A DNA stretch of 40,511 nt, from positions 1-40,511 of the forward strand of contig CAYUYS010000001.1 in the NCBI GenBank assembly GCA_964449415.1, read 5' to 3'. Numbering within the stretch: position 1 is the stretch's first letter; the number at the start of each line of letters is the position of its first letter. The notes beneath the pieces were generated by a model. That model worked only from the letters and a program-made list of their open reading frames with translations, was not told where the DNA came from and ran no database searches. Source of the DNA: an uncultured Paludibacteraceae bacterium (GTDB lineage: Bacteria > Bacteroidota > Bacteroidia > Bacteroidales > Paludibacteraceae). The position numbers were made by a program, and so were the translations under genes. Shown here piece by piece: positions 19,194 through 28,800 of this stretch.

Positions 19194-20453
19194 ATGAACG
19201 AAAACAACAATATTCTAATTGCCATCGACCTAGGCAGCACGCACATAACTGCCATTGCAGCACTGCGACAAGATGAGAATACGCTGAAAATCTTGGGTGA
19301 CGAGACCATGCCGGCCCGAGATGTTCAATACGGTATTGTCACCAAAACAACCAATGCCGCAATGAACATCAACAAATGTCTGAGACTGCTTCAGAACCGG
19401 ATTCATCTGAAAAACGACATTGAGTCCGTCTTTGTGAGTGCCGGCGGCCGTTCCATGCAAACCATCGAAGCAACTGTCAAACGCTATCTCGGCACACAAT
19501 CCTTCATCACCGCAGAGGTATTGGAGGACATGCGCAAGGAGGCGGAAACCAAATGCGCCCAGGAAAGTCACAACGTGTTCGGCGTAACACCCTACTACTT
19601 CATCCTGAACCAGACCACACAAGTGTTCCAGCCGCTGAATCAGCAAGCAAGCCATATAGAAGGACATTACGGTGTGCTTGTCGGTAACGCACAGATAACC
19701 ACCAATCTGCAAAAATGTTTCGACCGCACGGGTATTCTGATAGAGAATATTTCCAACAAACCGGAAGCACTTGCTACGGCATTGCTAAGTGCAGAAGAGC
19801 GCGAAGCCGGCTGTGCCATTATTGATTTCGGCGGAGAAACCACCACGTTAAACATATTCAAGGACGGCAACCTGCAACACGTCACCGTAGTGCCGCTGGG
19901 TTCACAGCATATCACAAGAGATATTGAGACTAGTTTCGGCATTAGCGAAAAATATGCCGAGAAACTCAAGCGGAGCAAAGGCCAAGCCTTGGAACGCCTT
20001 GTGCAACCCGTCTATATCCTAATCCCCTCCGGCAATCCACAGGAAGCGCCCATACGCATTTCAACCAAACAACTCGGCTGCATCATCGAAGCGCGTCTGG
20101 AAGAAATGACTGCCAAACTCTTCAACCGGCTCAGCATTTGGGAGCCGGAACTGGAAGGCAACCTGTACCTTACCGGCGGAGGCAGCATGCTGTCCGGCAT
20201 CAGCGATTTTGTCCGGCAATTCACCAACATGCCGGTCGAGTACGGTTCACATATAGAATGGCTCAGCAACGACACCCCGGAAGAATATTATCAACCCAAC
20301 TACAGCCAGCTGATAGGCACACTGATTTTGGGAGACACCTACCGGAAAGCACATCAGGAAAAGCAAAAGAAGAAACCCAAAATTCCGAAAATGGGCAACT
20401 TCATGGAGCGCATGGGCGAACACGTACTCAAGTTTTTTGAAGATGACAATTAA
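19194..20453 (+). CDS. ftsA: Cell division protein FtsA
   Basis: 419 aa with an actin-like ATPase fold (AIDLGSTHI, IDFGGETT, LTGGGS). The basic/amphipathic C-terminus reads KKKPKIPKMGNFMERMGEHVLKFF. Confidence 0.9.
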   Translation: MNENNNILIAIDLGSTHITAIAALRQDENTLKILGDETMPARDVQYGIVTKTTNAAMNINKCLRLLQNRIHLKNDIESVFVSAGGRSMQTIEATVKRYLGTQSFITAEVLEDMRKEAETKCAQESHNVFGVTPYYFILNQTTQVFQPLNQQASHIEGHYGVLVGNAQITTNLQKCFDRTGILIENISNKPEALATALLSAEEREAGCAIIDFGGETTTLNIFKDGNLQHVTVVPLGSQHITRDIETSFGISEKYAEKLKRSKGQALERLVQPVYILIPSGNPQEAPIRISTKQLGCIIEARLEEMTAKLFNRLSIWEPELEGNLYLTGGGSMLSGISDFVRQFTNMPVEYGSHIEWLSNDTPEEYYQPNYSQLIGTLILGDTYRKAHQEKQKKKPKIPKMGNFMERMGEHVLKFFEDDN

Positions 20454-20476
20454 CAGACCCTTTATAAATAAGCATT

Positions 20477-21787
20477 ATGGATGGATATGAACCTTTACCC
20501 TTGGATTTGCCCTTGGCCGACGAAAACATCATTAAAGTCATCGGCGTGGGCGGCGGCGGAAACAATGCCGTCAACCACATGTTTCGTCAAGGAATCAAAG
20601 ATGTGTCGTTTGTCGTATGCAATACCGACAACCAAGCGCTTATAAAATCACCCATCCCTACAAAAATCCAGTTGGGCAAAAACACAACTGATGGATTGGG
20701 TGCAGGCAACCGGCCCGAAAAAGCCCGCGAAGCTGCCGAAGAAAGCATAGACCGCATCAAAGAAGTCCTTTCCGATAATACGCGCATGGTGTTTATTACT
20801 GCCGGCATGGGCGGCGGAACCGGAACGGGAGCCTCGCCTGTGGTGGCACGGATAGCGCACAACATGAACATCCTGACCGTCGGCATAGTGACCATCCCCT
20901 TCGCATTCGAAGGCACAAAAAGAATACGCCAGGCCATGGAAGGAGTAGAACAACTCAGCCGGCACGTCGATGCTATGCTGGTCATTAACAACGAAAAACT
21001 GCGGAAAATATATCCGGATCTGGAAATGTCCAACGCATTTGCCAAAGCAGATGACGTGCTCACCAATGCAGCCAAAGCCATTGCAGAAATCATCACCATT
21101 CCCGGATACATCAACACAGACTTTGCCGATGTATATACCATCCTGAAAGACGGCAACGTGGCTATCATGAATACAGGATACGCATCCGGCGAAAACCGCA
21201 TTACCAACGCCATACAAGATGCACTGACTTCTCCGCTGGTAAACACAAGCGACATAAAAGGAGCCAGCAAAATCCTGCTCAGCTTCTATTGCTCAAACGC
21301 ACACCAAATCCGGATGGAAGAGGTGGAACAGATACATACCTTCATGGCTAACGTAGGAGACAACGTAGAGGTCATTTGGGGTGCCACGTTTGACGACAAC
21401 CTGGGCGAGCAGGTCAAAGTAACCATCATTGCCACCGGGTTTGCCGTAAGTTCCATTCCCGGCATGCCACCCAAATTGCACAAAGCAACGGAGACCAACA
21501 AACAGCCGGCCACCAACGACACACTGCCCGGCAGCCCGGCCACTGCAAACACGACTCCCACCGTAGACGAGGCTATCGAAGAGTTTTACGGAAAATCTTC
21601 ACAAACGGCAACCAATGGCGGGACAAATGGAAACACGACCGGAAACAGGGTTGAAACAACAGAGCCGGAAGAAGACATTCCGGTCATTCCCATTGACGAA
21701 ATAGACTGGGACAACGATGACGAACTGAAAAACTGTATAGAAATTCCGGCCTGGAAACGGAAAATGCAATCGAAACAATCATTTTAA
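20477..21787 (+). CDS. ftsZ: Cell division GTPase FtsZ
   Basis: 436 aa with GVGGGGNNAV, NTDNQAL and the tubulin signature GGGTGTG. A low-complexity T/N/G linker precedes the C-terminal peptide IEIPAWKRK. Confidence 0.97.
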   Translation: MDGYEPLPLDLPLADENIIKVIGVGGGGNNAVNHMFRQGIKDVSFVVCNTDNQALIKSPIPTKIQLGKNTTDGLGAGNRPEKAREAAEESIDRIKEVLSDNTRMVFITAGMGGGTGTGASPVVARIAHNMNILTVGIVTIPFAFEGTKRIRQAMEGVEQLSRHVDAMLVINNEKLRKIYPDLEMSNAFAKADDVLTNAAKAIAEIITIPGYINTDFADVYTILKDGNVAIMNTGYASGENRITNAIQDALTSPLVNTSDIKGASKILLSFYCSNAHQIRMEEVEQIHTFMANVGDNVEVIWGATFDDNLGEQVKVTIIATGFAVSSIPGMPPKLHKATETNKQPATNDTLPGSPATANTTPTVDEAIEEFYGKSSQTATNGGTNGNTTGNRVETTEPEEDIPVIPIDEIDWDNDDELKNCIEIPAWKRKMQSKQSF

Positions 21788-21798
21788 AATACAAAATT

Positions 21799-22251
21799 AT
21801 GACCTTGTTTGACACAATAAGCGAAGACATTAAAAAAGCCATGCTCGCAAAAGAAAAAATAGCATTGGATGCCTTGCGCGGCATAAAAAAAGAGTTTCTC
21901 GAAGCCAAAACCGCCAAAGGCGCAACCGGCGAACTGACCGATGAACAAGCCATACGGATACTCCGGAAAATGGTGAAGCAACGCAAGGATGCCGCACAAA
22001 TGTACATCGACGGCGGACGGCCGGAACTGGCCGAGAAAGAACAGGCCGAAATTGCCGTTATCGAGAAATACCTGCCGGCACAAATGAGCGAAACCGAACT
22101 GGAAGCCGCAGTAAAGGAAATCATTCAACAAGTAGGCGCAACCGGCCCGCAAGACATGGGCAAAGTAATGGGAACAGCCACCAAACAGTTGGCCGGAAAA
22201 GCGGATGGGAAAATGATTTCCGTCAAAGTCAAGGAACTGCTGAACAAATAG
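21799..22251 (+). CDS. GatB/YqeY domain protein
   Basis: 150 aa and all-helical. The N-terminus has a YqeY-type pattern (ISEDIKKAMLAKEKIALDALRGIK), followed by EKYLP. Confidence 0.8.
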   Translation: MTLFDTISEDIKKAMLAKEKIALDALRGIKKEFLEAKTAKGATGELTDEQAIRILRKMVKQRKDAAQMYIDGGRPELAEKEQAEIAVIEKYLPAQMSETELEAAVKEIIQQVGATGPQDMGKVMGTATKQLAGKADGKMISVKVKELLNK

Positions 22252-22310
22252 CCTGCAACAGTTCCTGCTTACTTCTCTCCTTTTGTTGAAAGGATACACG
22301 TTTTGCCTGT

Positions 22311-23711
22311 ATGAACAATTATCTGGATGAAAATGCAGCCGAAATAGTCCGGCGCTTCGAACAATATCTTTCCGGCGAGAATCCGGGATATTTCGATGTG
22401 GAAGAGCTGGAAACCATTTCGGAATATTACCTGCACAAGGGGCGGATCAAAGACTCCGACCGGGCCATTGATGTGGGGCTGCGCCTGCATCCGGCAAGTA
22501 GCGAACTGCAAATAAAACGGGCAAAAACCTATCTGGCTGCAGGAGAGATACATAAAGCCTTATCCACGTTGGAGCGGCTGCCCAACACAAACGACTACGA
22601 AGCACAATTGCTCAAGATAGAAGCCTTGGCCAAACTGAACCGCATCGAAGAAGCTGAAATGCTTGCAGACCATTTGCCGGACAGCAACGAAAGTGACCTT
22701 GACAACATTTGTCTGGACATTGCCTTTGTGTTTCAGGAGCAGGAAAATTTCCAAATAGCAGAAAAATTTCTGCTGAAGGGCGACCAAATCAACCCGCACA
22801 ACATCGACTTGCTGTTTGAACTGGCCTACTGCCAAGAGGAACTCGGACAAATAGACAACGCCATCGCTACCTACAACCGCATACTGGACATGGATGCCTA
22901 TAGGGTCGAAGCATGGTTCAACCTCGGACAAATATATTGTGCAACAGACCAAGACAAGGCCCTTGAAGCGTACAACTTCTGCCTGGCCATCGACGAAAAC
23001 GACGTTCTGGCCTGGCTCTACAAGGGACACATGCACTTCCGATACCAACAATACACCGAAGCTATAAAATGCTACACGCAATGCCGGGAGAAGGGATTCC
23101 CGGAATCGTGGCAAACCGACACGTTCATTGGCGAATGTCACGAAAAAATGAATGACTTCGAAACGGCCTTTCGTTTCTACGAAAAATCCGTACAAGTAGC
23201 ACCCAACAACTACTATGGCTACATAGGCATTGCTGTTTGCATGTTCGAAAAAGAGCGCTACGAAGAAAGCATCCCCGTGCTGCAAAAAGCCATCAGTCTG
23301 CGGCCGGAGGCCTACGAGGTTTACATATACCTGGCAGAAGCCTACAGCAACGTGGAAAGGCTGGAAGAATCGGCCGAAGCCTATCGGAAATCATTGGAAA
23401 TAGAACCAAAGCAGGCAGACACACTCATGGCATACGGCAACCTGCTCATGGACATGGAACGCTATCAGGAAGCACTCGACAATTATCTGAAAGCCAAAAC
23501 CATAGACGAAAATCTGGAGCACCTCAACCTCATGCTGGCCGCTGCCTATGCCAAATTGGAAGACTATGAAAATGCCTTCGGCTGTCTGGATATGGCAACC
23601 GCACAGAATCCGAAAGCCATAGACATGTTCTTCGAAATATGTCCGGAAATCAGCGAACTGATTTTCAATTTATTATCAAAAATAACAGACAAGGATAACA
23701 CAAACGACTAA
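22311..23711 (+). CDS. Cytoplasmic tetratricopeptide-repeat protein
   Basis: 466 aa with no signal peptide. There are many 34-residue TPR-like units (for example AWFNLGQIYCATDQDKALEAYNFCLAIDEND and YIYLAEAYSNVERLEESAEAYRKSLEIEP). Confidence 0.8.
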   Translation: MNNYLDENAAEIVRRFEQYLSGENPGYFDVEELETISEYYLHKGRIKDSDRAIDVGLRLHPASSELQIKRAKTYLAAGEIHKALSTLERLPNTNDYEAQLLKIEALAKLNRIEEAEMLADHLPDSNESDLDNICLDIAFVFQEQENFQIAEKFLLKGDQINPHNIDLLFELAYCQEELGQIDNAIATYNRILDMDAYRVEAWFNLGQIYCATDQDKALEAYNFCLAIDENDVLAWLYKGHMHFRYQQYTEAIKCYTQCREKGFPESWQTDTFIGECHEKMNDFETAFRFYEKSVQVAPNNYYGYIGIAVCMFEKERYEESIPVLQKAISLRPEAYEVYIYLAEAYSNVERLEESAEAYRKSLEIEPKQADTLMAYGNLLMDMERYQEALDNYLKAKTIDENLEHLNLMLAAAYAKLEDYENAFGCLDMATAQNPKAIDMFFEICPEISELIFNLLSKITDKDNTND

Positions 23712-23723
23712 AAAACTGACAAC

Positions 23724-24482
23724 ATGAAAAAAATATTGCTTGCAAGCACGCTGATTATTAGCAGCCTATGCTGCCACGCACAAGACAACACCACCACAAC
23801 CGACGCAGATAAAGCTCCCTCCATCCTGCAAAAAGTAGAAAACTGGTATGGCGAAAACATGAACTACTGGAGCATAACCGCACTCATGGTCGTCGAAAGC
23901 TCGTTCATTCCGTTTCCATCGGAAGTCGTCATTCCGCCGGCCGTATACGTGGCCAGCCACGAAAACAGCAGCCTGAATGTAACCGATTCGTACACCATCA
24001 ACGTATTGCTCATTATCCTGTTCGGCACGATAGGGGCCATTATAGGCGCAGTTATCAACTACGGCCTGGCTATATGGCTTGGCCGGCCCATTATCTACAA
24101 ATTTGCCAACAGCAAAATCGGCCACCTGATGTTGCTGAGCAGCGAAAAAATACAACAGGCAGAAGAATACTTCAATGAACACGGAAAAATATCCACCTTC
24201 GTGGGCCGACTGATTCCCGGTATCCGGCAACTGATTTCCATTCCGGCCGGTCTGGCCCGGATGAACTTCTGGACATTTATCGGTTTTACGGCCTTGGGAG
24301 CCGGTGCTTGGAACATCATTCTGGCCGCACTCGGGTATATCGCCAACGGACAAGCCGACCTGATAGACCAATACAGCCACGAACTGTCTGTCGTTATCAT
24401 TGCCTTGCTCGCCCTTGCCATTGCATGGCTTGTCATTCGGAAATTCCGCCAAAGGAAGTCAACGACAAAATCCCTTGATTGA
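23724..24482 (+). CDS. DedA/SNARE-associated family membrane protein with a signal-like N-terminus
   Basis: 252 aa with the DedA core (VESSFIPFPSEVV, GRLIPGIRQLISIPAG). The N-terminus is MKKILLASTLIISSLCCHAQ. Confidence 0.85.
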   Translation: MKKILLASTLIISSLCCHAQDNTTTTDADKAPSILQKVENWYGENMNYWSITALMVVESSFIPFPSEVVIPPAVYVASHENSSLNVTDSYTINVLLIILFGTIGAIIGAVINYGLAIWLGRPIIYKFANSKIGHLMLLSSEKIQQAEEYFNEHGKISTFVGRLIPGIRQLISIPAGLARMNFWTFIGFTALGAGAWNIILAALGYIANGQADLIDQYSHELSVVIIALLALAIAWLVIRKFRQRKSTTKSLD

Positions 24483-24585
24483 GTTAAATCGAAGCGCATT
24501 TCGCATGACCGATGTCACGATGATTGACGAGCTTGGCAGCGTCTGCCGGTAGGTGTAATTTTACACAGTATCTACCCCATAAATT

Positions 24586-24641
24586 TTACGAAATACCGAC
24601 CGTTTGTGGCTTCGGCAGAAGTGTTAACAATTGTTTTTTTT
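24586..24641. repeat. Left copy of an imperfect ~55-nt direct repeat (TTACGAAATACCG...TTG+T-run)
   Basis: It aligns by hand with 24827-24881. About three quarters of the first 33 nt are identical, and both copies end in TTG followed by 6-8 T. Confidence 0.6.
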
Positions 24642-24697
24642 GAGAGATGTCGTGTCTTGTTTTGACCCTTGTTTTTGGAAGGTGAAATCTTGGTTTT

Positions 24698-24807
24698 GTC
24701 AAAGTGCCACTTTGACCGCCTCAAAGTGCCACTTTGACGACCTCGAGTCGGCGACAAGAGAACGTCAAGTCGGCGACAAGACAAGCTCAAAGTGCGATAT
24801 TGACTAA
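24698..24807. repeat. Tandem array of five 22-bp units; units 1 and 2 carry a perfect 9+1+9 palindrome
   Basis: The units are GTCAAAGTGCCACTTTGACCGC, CTCAAAGTGCCACTTTGACGAC, CTCGAGTCGGCGACAAGAGAAC, GTCAAGTCGGCGACAAGACAAG and CTCAAAGTGCGATATTGACTAA. In TCAAAGTG-C-CACTTTGA the two arms are exact reverse complements. Confidence 0.85.
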
Positions 24808-24826
24808 CTAACACTGTATCAATCAC

Positions 24827-24881
24827 TTACGAATTACCGCACGTTTACTGTCTCGGAAGGGAAAATTGACGCTTGTTTTTT
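24827..24881. repeat. Right copy of the imperfect ~55-nt direct repeat
   Basis: The sequence is TTACGAATTACCGCACGTTTACTGTCTCGGAAGGGAAAATTGACGCTTGTTTTTT. It lies 241 bp downstream of the left copy, and the two copies bracket the 22-bp array. Confidence 0.6.
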
Positions 24882-25141
24882 AGGAAACATTACTTCTTTT
24901 CAACCTATTTTGACAGTTTTATGCTGCATTTCCGCGCCGTTTGTTTTGCGGAATAAGGCCTTGTTTCTTCGGGTGATGGTCTGCCGGTTTTGCGGCCGTT
25001 CAGTCTGTAGGGTTACTATCGCTGTATCCAACCAACCGCCCGGCAAGATAATTTTTACGCGACAAGAATAGAATTTCCACAATAAAAATACCGGCCGGAC
25101 GTTTCCAAAGATAGTATGTTGTCCGACACAGTTTTTTTGCG

Positions 25142-25149
25142 TACTTTTG
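25142..25149 (+). promoter_or_regulatory. Candidate -7 box (TACTTTTG) for ruvA-sprA
   Basis: Exact TAnnTTTG match with TTG 20 nt upstream (25119-25121). It lies 43 nt before the ruvA ATG at 25192. Confidence 0.45.
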
Positions 25150-25191
25150 TCGGGTTTCAAAAATTGTGTTTTTTCAAGGAAACATGAGACT

Positions 25192-25791
25192 ATGATAGAC
25201 TACATCAAAGGAAACATCACCGAACTAACACCCACCTACACCGTGCTCGAAACCGGCGGCGTCGGTTACGAAATACACATAGCGCTTCCGGCCTTTACGG
25301 CCCTGGCCGGACAAAAGGAAACGCTGCTGTACATTCACGAAATCATCCGCGAAGACGCACATTTGCTCTTCGGCTTCCTGACCAAAGGAGAGCGCGCACT
25401 GTTTCTCCTGTTGCTCACCGTGTCCGGCATCGGCGCAAATACCGCCCGAATGATCATGTCATCCTATTCCGCCGCAGAAATACAACAGCTTATCATACAA
25501 GGAAATACGGCCGCCCTGAACGCCATCAAGGGCATCGGTTCGAAAACATCGCAGCGCATCATTGTAGACCTGCGTGACAAAATACAGAAAATCAACATAG
25601 AACAAAACGAGGACACCAACCTATCCACACCGGCGGCTATGAACGATGAATTGAAGCACGAGGCCGTTGCCGCACTGACCATGCTTGGGTTTGCCTCCGG
25701 CCCATCCGCAAAGGTTGTGGACAAAATACTGTCGGCACAACCGACTTCGACCGTTGAACAAGTGATAAAAATGGCCCTGAAGATGCTGTAA
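25192..25791 (+). CDS. ruvA: Holliday junction branch migration complex subunit RuvA
   Basis: 199 aa from MIDYIKG. It has the GGVGYEI motif, helix-hairpin-helix segments (VSGIGANTA, IKGIGSKTSQRI) and a C-terminal domain III. Confidence 0.93.
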   Translation: MIDYIKGNITELTPTYTVLETGGVGYEIHIALPAFTALAGQKETLLYIHEIIREDAHLLFGFLTKGERALFLLLLTVSGIGANTARMIMSSYSAAEIQQLIIQGNTAALNAIKGIGSKTSQRIIVDLRDKIQKINIEQNEDTNLSTPAAMNDELKHEAVAALTMLGFASGPSAKVVDKILSAQPTSTVEQVIKMALKML

Positions 25792-25805
25792 AACGAGCCT
25801 ACTAC

Positions 25806-28800
25806 ATGCAAAGAAAAGCAGAATCCGGATTTTTATTGAAAAAATATCTATACATATTGTCAGGTTGCTTCTGTTACATTTTCACAAACGGAACGGAGCT
25901 TCGTGCACAGGAAATCGAAACTTCGGAATACGAAGCCGTCGCCGACGCACCGCCGACGCGCGTCAGGCAGCTAAGACAAGACACATACGAAGATCTGGAC
26001 CTGGCCTATCCTTTCGACCTGCGCAATCCGGAAAACATCACCACCGAAGTGGAATACGACCCGGCCACAGGCTACTATATCATCCACACCCGCATAGGAG
26101 ACACGGACATTGCCACGCCGTTCATGATGACCGAAAGCGAATACAGAGAATATGCGGCCCGCAAAGCCATTCAGGATTATTGGAAAGAAAAAAACAATAC
26201 CGGCGAGCGGAACAACGAAGAAAAGTTCAGCATTACGGACATGAAGTTCGACATAGGCGAAGCCGACAAGATATTCGGTCCGGGCGGCGTGCGCCTGAAA
26301 ACACAAGGGTCGGCAGAACTGCAATTCGGATTCAACCACAGTTACATTAACAATCCGTCGCTGACCGAGAAATCCAGAACCAACAACGTGTTCGACTTTG
26401 ACGAAAAACTACAGCTCAGCGTGAACGGCAAAGTGGGTGAAAAGGTGACTTTCAACATGAACTACAACACCGAAGCCTCGTTCGACTTCGACCAGCAGGC
26501 CGTGAAGCTTACCTATCAAGGCCAGGAAGATGACATTATCCAGAGCATCGAGGCGGGCAATGTAAGCATGACACTGAACAGTTCGCTCATTACCGGAAGC
26601 CAGGCCTTGTTTGGTATCAAAACAGACTTGCAGTTCGGAAAAATGAAAGTACAGGCCATTGTCACCCAACAAAATTCCGAAAGCCAGACAGTCAGCTCCA
26701 AAGGCGGTACACAGACCATCGAATACGAAATCACCGCCGACAGCTACGATGAAAACCGCCACTTCTTTCTGGGGCACTATTTCAGAGACACGTACGAGAG
26801 TGCCATGAGCAAACTCCCGCATGTTATTTCGGGAATCACCATACAGCGTATCGAAGTATGGGTAACTAACAAGCGCGGCGACTACGACAATGCACGCAAC
26901 ATTGTCGGTTTCATGGACTTGGGCGAATCGACACACCTTGACAACAACTACTGGATACCGGACGCAAGCAGCACACTGCCCAGAAACAAGGCAAATTCGC
27001 TCTACAACGAAGTAATCAACTTGGCGAACATACGCGACATACAGCAGACAAACAGTGTGCTGGCCGCACAATATGCCGGGAACGACATAAATGGCGGCGA
27101 AGATTACGAAAAAATCGAGAGCGCACGCCTGCTTTCGTCTTCGGAATACACACTGAACACCTCTCTGGGTATCCTGTCGCTAAACACAGCCCTCAACACA
27201 GACGAAGTGCTCGCCGTTGCATACGAATACACCTACGCCGGCCAGACATACCAAGTCGGCGAATTTTCGACAGATGGCATTGAAGCTCCGAATACACTGG
27301 TCACAAAACTGTTGAAAAGCACGACACAAGATCCGGCACTGGCTTCCTGGGACTTGATGATGAAAAACGTCTACTCACTCGGTGCCTCACAAATGCAGTC
27401 GGACGATTTTGAACTGTACATCATGTACAGGAACGATTCTGTCGGCACTGACCTGCAATACATATCCGAAGGTGACATACAGAACAAAACCTTGCTGAAA
27501 GTAATGAATCTGGACCGGTTAGACAGCAAGCAAAACACCAATCCGGACGGCAACTTCGATTACATAGAAGGCTATACCGCCCTGTCCAGTACCGGACGCA
27601 TTTTTTTTCCCGTGCTGGAACCGTTCGGCTCCCACTTGCGCCAAGCCATCAACAACGATGTCATTGCCGACAAATACGTGTACCAGGAACTGTATGACTC
27701 CACCTTGGTGGTTGCGCAGGAATACAGCGAGAAAAACAAGTTTGTCATAACAGGGCAATACAAAGGTTCGGCTGCCAACGTGATTAGTCTGAACGCGATG
27801 AATGTGCCGCGCGGCTCAGTCACCGTAACTGCAGGCGGCGCAACACTGACCGAAAACATCGATTATACGGTTGATTATCTGATGGGAACGGTCAAAATCC
27901 TGAACCAGTCCATTCTGGATTCAAATACGGATGTAAGCGTTACACTGGAAAACCAGTCGCTGTACAGCATACAGCGGAAATCGCTCTTCGGCACTCACGT
28001 AGACTACGAATTCAACGAAGATCTGGTGGTCGGCGGAACCATTATGCACTTGTCAGAAAGGCCGCTCACCACAAAAGTAAATACCGGAAGCGAGCCTTTG
28101 GCCAACACCATTTGGGGGCTTAACGCATCGTGGAAAACCGAATCGCAGTGGCTCACAAACCTGATTGACAAACTGCCTTTCACAACCGCCACCGCACCTT
28201 CCACATTCTCCGTCAATGCCGAATTTGCACAACTGATTCCCGGACACACCAACGAAGTGACCGAAGCCGGTCTGGCCTATATCGACGACTTTGAGTCGGC
28301 AGAGACAAACATAGACCTGCACTATTTTAACTACTGGAAATTGTCAAGCACGCCAAGCATGTTTGCGGAATCCTCGCTCAGCAACAACGTGGATTACGGA
28401 AAAAACAGGGCCTTGCTTTCCTGGTATACCATAGACCAGATTCTGAATGTACCGCAAACCGGCACTCCTTCCCATCTGGCCAGCGACAAGGATGCCCTTT
28501 CCGACCATCGCGTGCGTGTTGTAAAAGTCAAGGAAGTGTATCCGGAAAAGCAAACGCTTAGCACCGAAGTTTCCCGCCTGAACATCCTGAACCTGTCTTA
28601 TTATCCAACCGAACGCGGCCCGTACAATCTGGACAGCGACGGCATGAACACCGATGGAACTTTGAGCAATCCGGCCGACCGCTGGGGAGGAATCATGCGC
28701 AAACTCGACGTGACTGATTTTGAAACATCCAACATCGAATACATCGAGTTCTGGCTCATGGACCCGGCATTGACCAACCCAAGTTCCACCTATCAAGGCG

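Noticed and set aside
24698-24807. Possible CRISPR array.
   Set aside because: The units are contiguous 22-mers with no unique spacers between them. There are only five units of two sequence types, and no cas genes are nearby.
25073-25081. DnaA-box-like ATTTCCACA, raising the possibility of a replication origin in the island.
   Set aside because: It is a single one-mismatch box. There is no cluster of boxes, no AT-rich unwinding element pattern and no dnaA or dnaN nearby.
24572-25160. Two minus-strand ORFs (84 aa at 24572-24826 and 86 aa at 24900-25160) in the dedA-ruvA island.
   Set aside because: They have no recognisable domains. One is read straight through the 22-bp repeat array. Neither has a promoter-like box in position, and both are basic and low-complexity. 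I treat them as noncoding.
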